This document shows, piece after piece, positions 51,956-64,000 of a stretch of 64,000 nt of DNA; position 1 is the first letter of the stretch; every line of letters starts with the position of its first letter. The DNA is from Myxococcota bacterium. GTDB lineage: Bacteria; Myxococcota_A; JAVEVO01. The translations under genes were made by a program, and so were the position numbers. Where the stretch lies: contig JAVEVO010000002.1 in NCBI GenBank assembly GCA_034005005.1, positions 4,389-68,388 of the forward strand, written 5' to 3'. The notes under the pieces were generated by a model that was not told the origin of the DNA, made no database searches, and worked only from the letters and a program-made list of their open reading frames with translations.

Positions 51956-53867
51956 CTAGACGTCGATCTCCTCCACCTCGCCCGCGCCCTCGGAGATCAG
52001 CCGGAAGCGGGGGGCGGGATCCTTGCCCATGAGCTCCTCGATGACCCGCTTCGTCTCCGCACGCTGATCCTCGGGGATGGTCACCCGCAGCAGCCGACGG
52101 CGCGAGGGGCACAGGGTCGTCTCGAACAGGACCTTGGGCATCATCTCGCCGAGGCCCTTGAAGCGCCCGATCTCGACCTTCTTGCTGCGGCCGCTCTCGC
52201 GCTGGAGGATCCGGTCCTTCTCCGCATCGTCGAGGGCCCAGAAGGTCTTCTCGCCGATGTCGATGCGGTACAAGGGCGGCTGCCCCAGGTAGACGTGGCC
52301 GGCGTCGATCAGCGGGCGGAGGTGCCGGTAGAAGAAGGTCAGCAGCAAGGTGGCGATGTGGCTGCCGTCGCTGTCCGCATCCATCAGCAAGATGATCTTG
52401 CCGTAGCGCAGCTTCTGCAGGTCGAGCCGGTCCCCCATGCCGCAGCCGAGGGCCTGCACGAGGTCATTCAACTCTTTGTTATTCTTGACTTTTTCCAGGG
52501 AGGCCTGCTCGACGTTGAGCACCTTGCCGCGCAGCGGCAGCACCGCCTGGGTCTCCCGGTGGCGGCCCTGCTTGGCGGAGCCGCCCGCGCTCTCCCCCTC
52601 GACCAGGAAGAGCTCGCGCCGCATGGGCTCCGGGGAGGAGCAGTCTGCGAGCTTGCCGGGGAGCTGCACCCGCCGGGTGATGCCGGTGCTCTTGCCCCGC
52701 ACCTTGCTCACGGCGTTGCGGGCCGCGGCCCGCGCCCGGGCGGCCTCGACCACCCGGGCCGTGACGGCCTCGCCGACGGAGGGGCGGGTGTGGAACCAGG
52801 TCTCCAGCGCGGCGCGCAGCACGCCGTCGATGGCCGGCTTGACGTCCGGGTTGTTGAGCCGGTCCTTGGTCTGGCCCTGGAACTGCGGATCCGCGAGGAA
52901 GACGCTGACCAGGGCGACCAGCCCCTCCCGGATCTCCTCGGCGGAGACGGCCAGGCCGCGGGGGATCTTGTCGTGGGCCTCGAGGTAGCTGCGCGTCGCC
53001 TTGGCGACCGCGTCCTTCAGCCCCTGCTCGTGCGCGCCGCCGTCCCGGGTGCGGATCCCGTTGACGAAGGAGAGGATCTTCTCGCGGGGCGCGGCGGTCC
53101 AGCAGAGCGCGACCTCCAACCGCGGGTCCTCGCTGCGCTGCAGCACGAAGGGCTCGAGGTGGACCCGCTCCTCGCCCCCCGCGAGCACGAGCTGGTCGAG
53201 GTACTCCACCAGCCCGCCTTCGTGCTTGAACTCGTGGGAGGCGCCGCGCAGGCGATCGCGGAACAGGATCCGCAGCCCCCGGTGGAGATAGGAGCGGGTC
53301 TCCAGGTGCGTGACGATGCGCTCGGGGTCGAAGCGCAAGGTCTCGCCGAAGATCCGGGGGTCGGGGCGGAAGGTGATCGTGGTGCCGCTGCCCCGGGCCG
53401 GGCCGACCTGCTTCAGCTCCGTCGTCGGCTTGCCCCGCCGGTAGCGCTGCTCCCAGAGGGTGTCGTCGCGCTTCACCTGGGCCACCAGGCTCTCGGAGAG
53501 CGCGTTGACGACCGAAGCGCCGACGCCGTGGAGGCCGCCGGCCGTCCGGTAGCTCTTGTGGTCGAACTTGCCGCCCGCGTGCAAGGTCGTCAGCACCAGC
53601 TCGAGGGCGCTCTTGCCGTGCTGGGGGTGCAGGTCGATGGGGATGCCCCGCCCGTTGTCCGCGACCGAGGCGGTCAGCCCGTCATCCTCGAGGGTCACGG
53701 TGATCGTCGTCGCGTGGCCGTTCATGACCTCGTCGACCGCGTTGTCGACCACCTCCCAGAGCAGATGGTGCAGCCCGTCCGCATCGGTGCCGCCGATGTA
53801 CATCCCCGGCCGCTTGCGGACCGGGTCGAGGCCTTCGAGGACGACGATGTCCCGCGCCAGATACGTG

Positions 53868-53875
<8 letters not shown>
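51956..53875 (-). CDS. Type IIA topoisomerase subunit B (GyrB/ParE family, 639 aa)
   Basis: …[19 protein letters not shown]…[12 protein letters not shown]… (GHKL ATPase) and the Toprim region (…[13 protein letters not shown]…[12 protein letters not shown]…). Confidence 0.85.
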
Positions 53876-56972
<3,097 letters not shown>

Positions 56973-57079
56973 GGCCGGCGATCTATAGATGAGGCAGAGG
57001 ATCCTGGCAAGGAGAGGCCTCGGGTGGCCCGCTGCCGATCCCGCCGCGGCCGCCCCTTGCGGGAGGACCAGGAGGTGCT

Positions 57080-57099
57080 AAGTTAGTAGGGCCTAACTT
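57080..57099. promoter_or_regulatory. Inverted repeat AAGTTAG-N6-CTAACTT directly upstream of the dtxR-family gene (candidate metalloregulator operator)
   Basis: Read directly at 57080-57099. The RBS GGGGAGG and ATG 57110 follow about 10 nt later. It resembles the GTTAG/CTAAC half-sites of DtxR/IdeR boxes but with different spacing. Confidence 0.35.
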
Positions 57100-57109
57100 C
57101 GGGGAGGCC

Positions 57110-57562
57110 ATGGAGCTGAGCGCACCGCAAGAGGATTACCTCGAGACCATCGGCCACCTCTGCCGGGAGAACGGGGCCGCCCGGGTCTCGGAGATCGCCG
57201 CGCGCCACGGCGTGTCCACGGCGACCGTGGTCGGCGCGCTCCGATCGCTGAAGCAGCGTAACCTGCTCTGCCAGCCTCCCTATGGCCAGATCACCCTCAC
57301 CCGCGAGGGGCAGGCGGCCGCGGAGTCCGTCATGGCGCGTCACGCGGCCTTGCACGCCTTCCTCGTCGGCGTGCTCGGCGTCGACGGCCCCACGGCCGAG
57401 CGCGACGCCTGCCGGATCGAGCACGACGTCTCGCCGGCGACCCTCCGACGCCTGATCGCGCTGGAGCGCTTCCTCGCCCGCGGACCCTGGGCCGACCTGG
57501 ACTGGCGAGGCGAGTTCGAGCGCTTCCTCGCGACCGAGGAGCAGCAAGGAGCCACGGGGTGA
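57110..57562 (+). CDS. DtxR/MntR-family metal-dependent transcriptional repressor
   Basis: MELSAPQEDYLETIGHLCRENGAARVSEIAARHGVSTATVVGALRSLKQRNLL… (DtxR N-terminal HTH plus metal-binding/dimerisation domain). Confidence 0.85.
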   Translation: MELSAPQEDYLETIGHLCRENGAARVSEIAARHGVSTATVVGALRSLKQRNLLCQPPYGQITLTREGQAAAESVMARHAALHAFLVGVLGVDGPTAERDACRIEHDVSPATLRRLIALERFLARGPWADLDWRGEFERFLATEEQQGATG

Positions 57563-57828
57563 TGTTCGACGACGCCCCCTCGCCGCAGACCTGCTCGCTG
57601 GACCGGTTGCCCCGGGGCGTGGTCGCCCGCATCCGCCACGTGCACGGCGGGCTGAACGTCCGCCAGCGCCTGAGCAACCTGGGCCTCCACCCCGGCGACC
57701 GGATCCGCGTGCTGCGCTGCTCCTGCTTCGGCGGGCCGGTGCTGGTGGCGATCCACGACCTGGAGGTCGCCATCGGGCGGGGCATGGCCGAGAAGGTGGA
57801 GGTCGACCTCGAGCTCGGACTGAGCTGA
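57562..57828 (+). CDS. feoA: FeoA-domain protein
   Basis: …RLPRGVVARIRHVHGGLNVRQRLSNLGLHPGDRIRVLRCSCFGGPVLVAIHDLEVAIGRGMA… is the FeoA SH3-like fold pattern. The ATG overlaps the dtxR stop (TGATG). Confidence 0.7.
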   Translation: MFDDAPSPQTCSLDRLPRGVVARIRHVHGGLNVRQRLSNLGLHPGDRIRVLRCSCFGGPVLVAIHDLEVAIGRGMAEKVEVDLELGLS

Positions 57829-59744
57829 TGCGCATCGCCCTCGTCGGCCAGCCGAACAGCGGCAAGAGCACCCTCTTCAACAGCGTCGCCGGCTACAAGT
57901 CGGTCGTCGCCAACTACCCCGGGACGACCAGCGAGCCCGCCCGCAGCCTCGTGCACGGCCAGGGCGAACCCTTCGAGCTCGTGGACCTGCCCGGCCTGTA
58001 CTCCCTGTCGTCCATCGAGAAAGACGAGCTGCGCGCCCGGGAGCTGCTCCTTTCCCTCGCGCCCGAGCTGATCATCCACGTCATCGACGCGTCCGCGCTC
58101 GGACGCAGCCTCGAGCTGACCTTCGAGCTCGCGGAGCTCGAGCTCCCCCTGATCGTCTGCCTGAACATGATGGACGAGGCGGCGCGCAAGGGGATCGACA
58201 TCGACCTCCCGCGGCTCGCGGCCGCGCTCGGCGTCCCGGTGGTACCCACGGTCGCGGCCACGGGCGAAGGCGTCGCCAGGCTGTTCCAGGTCGGGCTGCA
58301 GGCCGCCCGGGAGCGGCCCGTGCCCCGCCGCTTCCTGTTGAGCGACGACGTGGAGCGCGTGATCGGTCTCTTGGTCACGAAGCTCCGCCAGGAGCTGGTC
58401 CGAAAGACGGGTCTCCCCACCCGCCTCCTCGCGCTGAAGCTGCTCGAGCGGGACACCCTCCTGGCCGCCACGGTCGCCGAGACCGACCCCGAACTCGCCC
58501 AGGAGGTCCTCCGGCTCCAGCAAGAGCTGGCCACGTCCCACGGCCGGCCGGCCGACGTGGTCCTCGGCTCGGAGCGGCACGCCCTGTGCCTCAACCTCTT
58601 CGAGGAGGTGGCCACCGTCCGGCGCCCTCTCCGGCGCTCCCTGCGCGACCGGCTCGACGCCTACGTCATGCACCCCCTCTGGGGCTACCTGATCCTCGGG
58701 GCGGTCCTGTTCGGCTTCTTCTCCGTCGTCTTCGGGGTCGGCCGCCTGATCGAGGCGCCGATCATGGCCGGCTTCGAGCAGCTCGGGCTCTTGCTCACGA
58801 CGGCCTTCCCGGACCGCAACCTGGCCTACACCGTGCTCCACGGCCTCATCCAGGGGCTCTCCGGGGGGATCGGCCTGGTCCTCCCCTACCTCCTGCCGTT
58901 CCTCGTCGTGCTGACCCTGCTCGAGGACGTCGGCTACATCCCGCGCGCCGCCTTCTTGATGGACTCGCTGATGCACAAGATCGGCCTCCACGGCAAGGCG
59001 ATCATCCCCTTCGTCCTGGGGTATGGCTGCACCGTCCCGGCGATCATGAGCGTCCGGTTGCTGGAGAGCTCCCGGGATCGCCTGGTGACGTCCCTGCTGG
59101 TCAACTTCATCCCCTGCGCGGCGCGCACCACGGTGATCTTCGCCCTGGTCGGCTTCTACCTCGGCCCGGGCCACGCGCTGCTCCTGTACGTGCTGAACCT
59201 GGTCATCATCGCGCTCGCCGGGCGGCTGCTGCTCCACTTCCTGCCCGAGGCGACGCCGGGCATGATCCTCGAGGTGCCCAGCTACCGGCTGCCCCAGCTC
59301 CGGGCCCTGCTGGCCAAGGTCTGGTACCGGATGCGCGAGTTCGTCGTCATCGCCTGGCCGATCCTCATCGCCGGCAGCGTCGTCCTCAGCCTGCTCGAGG
59401 CCTTCGAGCTGGCCCAGCCCATCAACGCCCTGCTCGCGCCTTTCACCAGCACCCTGCTCGGGCTGCCCGCGGCGGTGGGGATCACCCTGATCTTCGGTGT
59501 GCTGCGCAAGGAGCTGGCGATCGTCATGCTGGTACAGGCCCTAGGTACCAGCGATTTCTCGTCTGTTATGACCAACGGACAGCTCCTGACCTTCACCGTC
59601 TTCACCATCTTCTACGTGCCCTGCCTCGGCACCCTCGCGATGCTGCGCAGCGTCAGCGGCGTCCGGGGGATGCTCGCGGCCCTGGGGCTGACGACCCTGG
59701 TGGCGACGCTGGGAGCCCTCGTCTTCCGGCTGCTGACGGCATGA
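57828..59744 (+). CDS. feoB: Ferrous iron transport protein B
   Basis: [18 protein letters not shown]…DLPGLYSL… (G-domain) followed by a polytopic membrane domain with Gate motifs. The start overlaps the feoA stop. Confidence 0.9.
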   Translation: MRIALVGQPNSGKSTLFNSVAGYKSVVANYPGTTSEPARSLVHGQGEPFELVDLPGLYSLSSIEKDELRARELLLSLAPELIIHVIDASALGRSLELTFELAELELPLIVCLNMMDEAARKGIDIDLPRLAAALGVPVVPTVAATGEGVARLFQVGLQAARERPVPRRFLLSDDVERVIGLLVTKLRQELVRKTGLPTRLLALKLLERDTLLAATVAETDPELAQEVLRLQQELATSHGRPADVVLGSERHALCLNLFEEVATVRRPLRRSLRDRLDAYVMHPLWGYLILGAVLFGFFSVVFGVGRLIEAPIMAGFEQLGLLLTTAFPDRNLAYTVLHGLIQGLSGGIGLVLPYLLPFLVVLTLLEDVGYIPRAAFLMDSLMHKIGLHGKAIIPFVLGYGCTVPAIMSVRLLESSRDRLVTSLLVNFIPCAARTTVIFALVGFYLGPGHALLLYVLNLVIIALAGRLLLHFLPEATPGMILEVPSYRLPQLRALLAKVWYRMREFVVIAWPILIAGSVVLSLLEAFELAQPINALLAPFTSTLLGLPAAVGITLIFGVLRKELAIVMLVQALGTSDFSSVMTNGQLLTFTVFTIFYVPCLGTLAMLRSVSGVRGMLAALGLTTLVATLGALVFRLLTA

Positions 59745-59788
59745 GCGGCGGGCTGGGAGCGGGGGGCGACCTCGATTACACTGCACCG

Positions 59789-61534
59789 ATGGACAAGCCC
59801 TGCCCGCATCGTCCCCGCTGTCCCGGCTGCCGCTGGTGGGAGCGCCCCTACGCCCAGCAGCTCGCCGGGAAGCGAGCGCGGCTCGCCCAGGCGCTCCAGC
59901 CCTACCCGGAGCTGGCCGACATCGAGATCGCTCCCTGCCTGGGGGTGAGCCCTCACCAGGGGTACCGGACGCGGGTGAAGTGGGCCGTCCAGGGGCGACG
60001 GATCGGGCTGTACGGCGAGGAGCACCAGGTCATCGACACGCCCTGCTGCCTGGTGGTCCCCCCGGTCGCGCTGGAGGTGGCGGCCCTGCTGCGCCGGCGC
60101 CCGCCGGATGGGCGCGGCGCCCGGCTCGCCGGGCTCGACCTGCGGGTGACCGGTGACGGCCGCTGGCTGGCCAACCTGGTGATCGAGGCGCCCGTCGAGC
60201 CCGCGGCCGCCCGGCTGGCGCGGACCCTGGCCCCCCTGCTGGTGTCCGGAGGGGGCGCGGGCCAGCGCGGCGTCGCCTACAGTTGGCGGGCGCCCGGCTC
60301 CCCGACCCTGCTCGGCGGTGCGCCGACCCTCCTCACCGGTGAGCCCGAGCTGGTCGACCGCATCGGCCGGGTGGAGCTCCCCTACCCTCCCGGCGCCTTC
60401 TCCCAGGCCCACGCGGGGGGCGCGACCCTGCTCCACGATCTGCTCCGGCAGGCGATCGCCGAGCTCCCGGCCGATGCGCGCCACCACCTCGTCGATCTCT
60501 ACGCCGGCACCGGGAGCCTCGGCCTCGTCCTCGCGGACCTGGTCGACGCCGTCACCCTGGTGGAGGCCTACCGGCCTGCAGCCGAGGCCGCCCGCCGGGG
60601 GGCCGCCCGCCTCGGGCAGCAGGTCGAGGTGCGGGGGGTCGCGGCCGAGCGGGCGCTCGACGAGCTGACGGCCCGGCCGGCCGCCGCCGGGGTCATCGTG
60701 CTCGATCCGCCCCGAGCGGGGGTCGCGCCCGCGGTGCTGGCCGCGGTCTGCCAGGCCCGGCCGCACCTCGTCGCCCTGGTGAGCTGCCAGGCGACGACCC
60801 TCGCCCGGGACCTCGCCTTGCTCGCCACCGCGGGCTATCGCACCGACGAGGTGCAGCCCCTGGACATGATGCCGGGCACTCCCCACGTCGAGGCCCTGGC
60901 CTTGCTGCACCCCGACCAGCCGACCGCGGCGCCCGTCGTCGCCCTGGGCCATGGCTGGCGGCTGGTGGCGCGCCCCCCCTTGCTGCCGTGCCCCGCGTCA
61001 CTCCCCCCGGGAGAGCCGTCGGCAGACCAGCTCACCCCGGCCGGCGACCTGCCCCGTGAGCTGTCGGGGCTCTGCCTGCTGGCCGACAACGCCGCGGCCC
61101 CGCCGCCCGAGCCGGCCGCCCGCCAGACCGTCTGGATGGCCCTGGTGCAGGGCGAGTGGCCCGCCGAGGAGGAGATCGGGCGCCCCGGACGCGCGCCCGG
61201 CCGCGACGGGGCCGTCCGCTGCCGCGTGACCCCGGTGGCCCGGGCGGGATCGCACACGGTGGTCCAGTTGCAGGTGCTCGCCGGCGAGCTCACCGCGACC
61301 CGACGCCTCCTCGCCCTGCGCGGCCACCCGGTCCTCGGCGACGACCGGTTCGGCGATCCGGCCGCCAACCGCCACCTCCAGGCCCGGCACGGCCTGACGC
61401 GCCCCTTCCTCCACGGGAGCTGCGCCTACAGCCCCCAGGGGACCCTCTGGAGCACCGCGCTGGCGCCCGACCTGGCCGCGACCCTCGCCTCCCTGCGCGC
61501 CCGGGAGCCGGACGACGAGGCGCTGCTGGACTGA
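59789..61534 (+). CDS. RNA (uracil-5-)-methyltransferase, RlmD/RumA-like, fused to a C-terminal RluA-type pseudouridine-synthase fragment
   Basis: N-terminal Cys cluster (CPHRPRCPGCRWWE), SAM motif (VDLYAGTGSLG), DPPRAG, and catalytic C in VSCQ. The C-terminal …ALRGHPVLGDDRFGD…RHGLTRPFLHGSCAY resembles the end of RluA-family synthases. Only this downstream part of ORF 58586..61534 is real. Confidence 0.6.
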   Translation: MDKPCPHRPRCPGCRWWERPYAQQLAGKRARLAQALQPYPELADIEIAPCLGVSPHQGYRTRVKWAVQGRRIGLYGEEHQVIDTPCCLVVPPVALEVAALLRRRPPDGRGARLAGLDLRVTGDGRWLANLVIEAPVEPAAARLARTLAPLLVSGGGAGQRGVAYSWRAPGSPTLLGGAPTLLTGEPELVDRIGRVELPYPPGAFSQAHAGGATLLHDLLRQAIAELPADARHHLVDLYAGTGSLGLVLADLVDAVTLVEAYRPAAEAARRGAARLGQQVEVRGVAAERALDELTARPAAAGVIVLDPPRAGVAPAVLAAVCQARPHLVALVSCQATTLARDLALLATAGYRTDEVQPLDMMPGTPHVEALALLHPDQPTAAPVVALGHGWRLVARPPLLPCPASLPPGEPSADQLTPAGDLPRELSGLCLLADNAAAPPPEPAARQTVWMALVQGEWPAEEEIGRPGRAPGRDGAVRCRVTPVARAGSHTVVQLQVLAGELTATRRLLALRGHPVLGDDRFGDPAANRHLQARHGLTRPFLHGSCAYSPQGTLWSTALAPDLAATLASLRAREPDDEALLD

Positions 61535-61547
61535 GGAGGGAGCCGGG

Positions 61548-62794
<1,247 letters not shown>

Positions 62795-62798
<4 letters not shown>

Positions 62799-63967
62799 GG
62801 GTCGGCGGCGGGTGCGGCCAGCCGCGTGGCGAGCAAGAGGAGCAGCTCGGCGATGCCCTCGCCGGTCACCGCGGAGATCGGCACGAGGGTGAGCCCCCGC
62901 CCGGCGAGCTCCTGCTGCAGCGGGACGATCTGCTCCCGGACCTCGGGCAGGTCGACCTTGTTCAGCGCGACGATCCGCGGCCGGCTCGCGAGCTCGGGGC
63001 TGTACCGCCGGAGCTCGTCCTCCAGGAGCGACAGGCTCTGCCGCGGGTCGGGGCGGACGCAGTCGGTGTCGAGGAGGAAGAGGAAGAGCGCGCAGCGCTC
63101 GACGTGCCGCAAGAAGCGCACGCCGAGCCCGGCGCCCTCCGCCGCGCCCTCGATCAGCCCGGGGATGTCGGCGACCACGATGTCCCGGTCGTGGTACCGG
63201 ACCACGCCGAGGTTGGGCACCAAGGTGGTGAAGGGATAGTCGGCGATCTTCGGTCGAGCATTGGAGATCTTCGAGATCAGGGTAGATTTCCCGCTATTGG
63301 GGAACCCGACGATCCCGACGTCGGCCAGCAGCTTGAGGGTCAGCCGCAGATCGCGCGCCTCCCCCGGCTCGCCCGGCTCGGCGAAATCCGGAGCCCGGCG
63401 GGTGGAGGAGGTGAAGGAGTGGTTGCCCCGGCCGCCCCGGCCGCCCCGCACCGCGACATGGCGCTGCTCGCTGACCGTGAGGTCCGCGAGGAGCTCCCCA
63501 CTCGCCCGATCGGCGATCAGCGTCCCCACCGGGACCCGCACCAGCAGGTCCTCTCCCGCGGCGCCGGTGCGGTTGTTGGGACCGCCACTACGGCCCCGGG
63601 GCGCACGCAGCAGGCGCCGGTGCTTGAGATCGAGGAGGGTGGACAGCCCCTCGTCCGCGACGAAGACGACGCTGCCGCCGTTGCCGCCGTTGCCGCCGGC
63701 AGGCCCGCCCAGCCGCTGCCGCTTGGAGCGCAGCCAGGCGACGAGCCCGTTGCCGCCGGCGCCGCTCTCGACGGTCAGGGTGACCTCGTCGACGAAGCGC
63801 GCGTCACGCTCCGTCGGGGTCGGCTGCGCCGGAGCCCCGGCCGAGGCGCTGGATGGCGACGAGTTCGGCGTCTCACCGGCGGACGCACCCGAGAGGCCCG
63901 GCGCGAGTGGCGACCGCGCGCTCGCGAGCGGGTCGCGTGGCGGAGGGGGAGAGGGTGGGCTAGTCAT
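62795..63967 (-). CDS. obg: GTPase Obg/CgtA with Pro/Ser-rich N-terminal extension
   Basis: Obg fold (…[41 protein letters not shown]…) and G domain (…[15 protein letters not shown]…DIPGLIEGA…NKVD…). Confidence 0.85.
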
Positions 63968-64000
63968 CAGGGTGCCTCCCAGGGCAGCGCCCCGGAAGCG

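Noticed and set aside
58586-61534. 982-aa plus-strand ORF as one gene
   Set aside because: The first about 400 aa is an alternate frame across feoB, which is clearly encoded in frame 57828..59744. Only 59789..61534 (methyltransferase) is real.

Overview
The window is a high-GC (~70-72%) chromosomal segment. Gene content (PEGA domains, MopE-like Cys/Asp motifs, long tandem Cys-rich repeats, DUF4157, many multiheme c-type cytochromes) suggests Myxococcota, possibly Anaeromyxobacter-like; this assignment is tentative.

About 45 protein-coding genes are supportable. No rRNA, tRNA, CRISPR array or transposase was found. Many long antisense ORFs in the supplied track are GC-driven artefacts.

The loci worth most attention:

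1. 8054-14774: a divergently transcribed pair. One gene is a 1225-aa DUF4157 (PVC/eCIS-type zincin, HEATH motif) effector-like protein with an internal duplication and a second C-terminal HExxH (HELGH) domain. The other is a 764-aa ATPase with a degenerate first AAA+ domain and a canonical second one, of the Afp15/Pvc15 type. A small lipoprotein follows. No contractile-injection structural genes are present in the window, so this looks like an orphan effector/loader(/immunity) module.

2. 29842-39831: a 3329-aa lipoprotein behind an unusually AT-rich promoter island. In order it carries a (GE)17 microsatellite linker, a Cys-rich region, a multiheme cytochrome c domain with 10 CxxCH motifs, three MopE-like Cys/Asp motifs, about 34 tandem 48-aa eight-cysteine repeats (about 5 kb of roughly 147-bp DNA repeats), and a C-terminal fibrinogen-related domain (VYCDMTTDGGGWT). 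I know of no described bacterial protein with this architecture.

3. 15620-15712: a TPP (THI-box) riboswitch immediately upstream of a TonB-dependent receptor and an SSF-family transporter, consistent with a thiamin uptake unit.

4. 19859-26278: a five-gene minus-strand operon. It encodes DUF89, a tetrathionate-reductase-family octaheme cytochrome, a CbcL-like multiheme cytochrome c fused to a diheme cytochrome b, and split YeeE/YedE sulfur transporters, one fused to rhodanese. This looks like a quinol-linked sulfur-compound respiratory module.

Other points:
- Housekeeping genes: dppABCDF-like ABC transporter, a type IIA topoisomerase A/B pair, dtxR-feoAB, galK, obg.
- A Dam-like D12 N6-adenine methyltransferase.
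- An ECF-like sigma factor with a roughly 450-aa C-terminal extension.
- A PEGA-domain protein with six novel repeats of about 90 aa, convergent with a gene for an outer-membrane beta-barrel.
- Three genes (the Dam-like MTase, an AAE transporter, an OMP) show conserved N-terminal sequence upstream of any canonical start codon.
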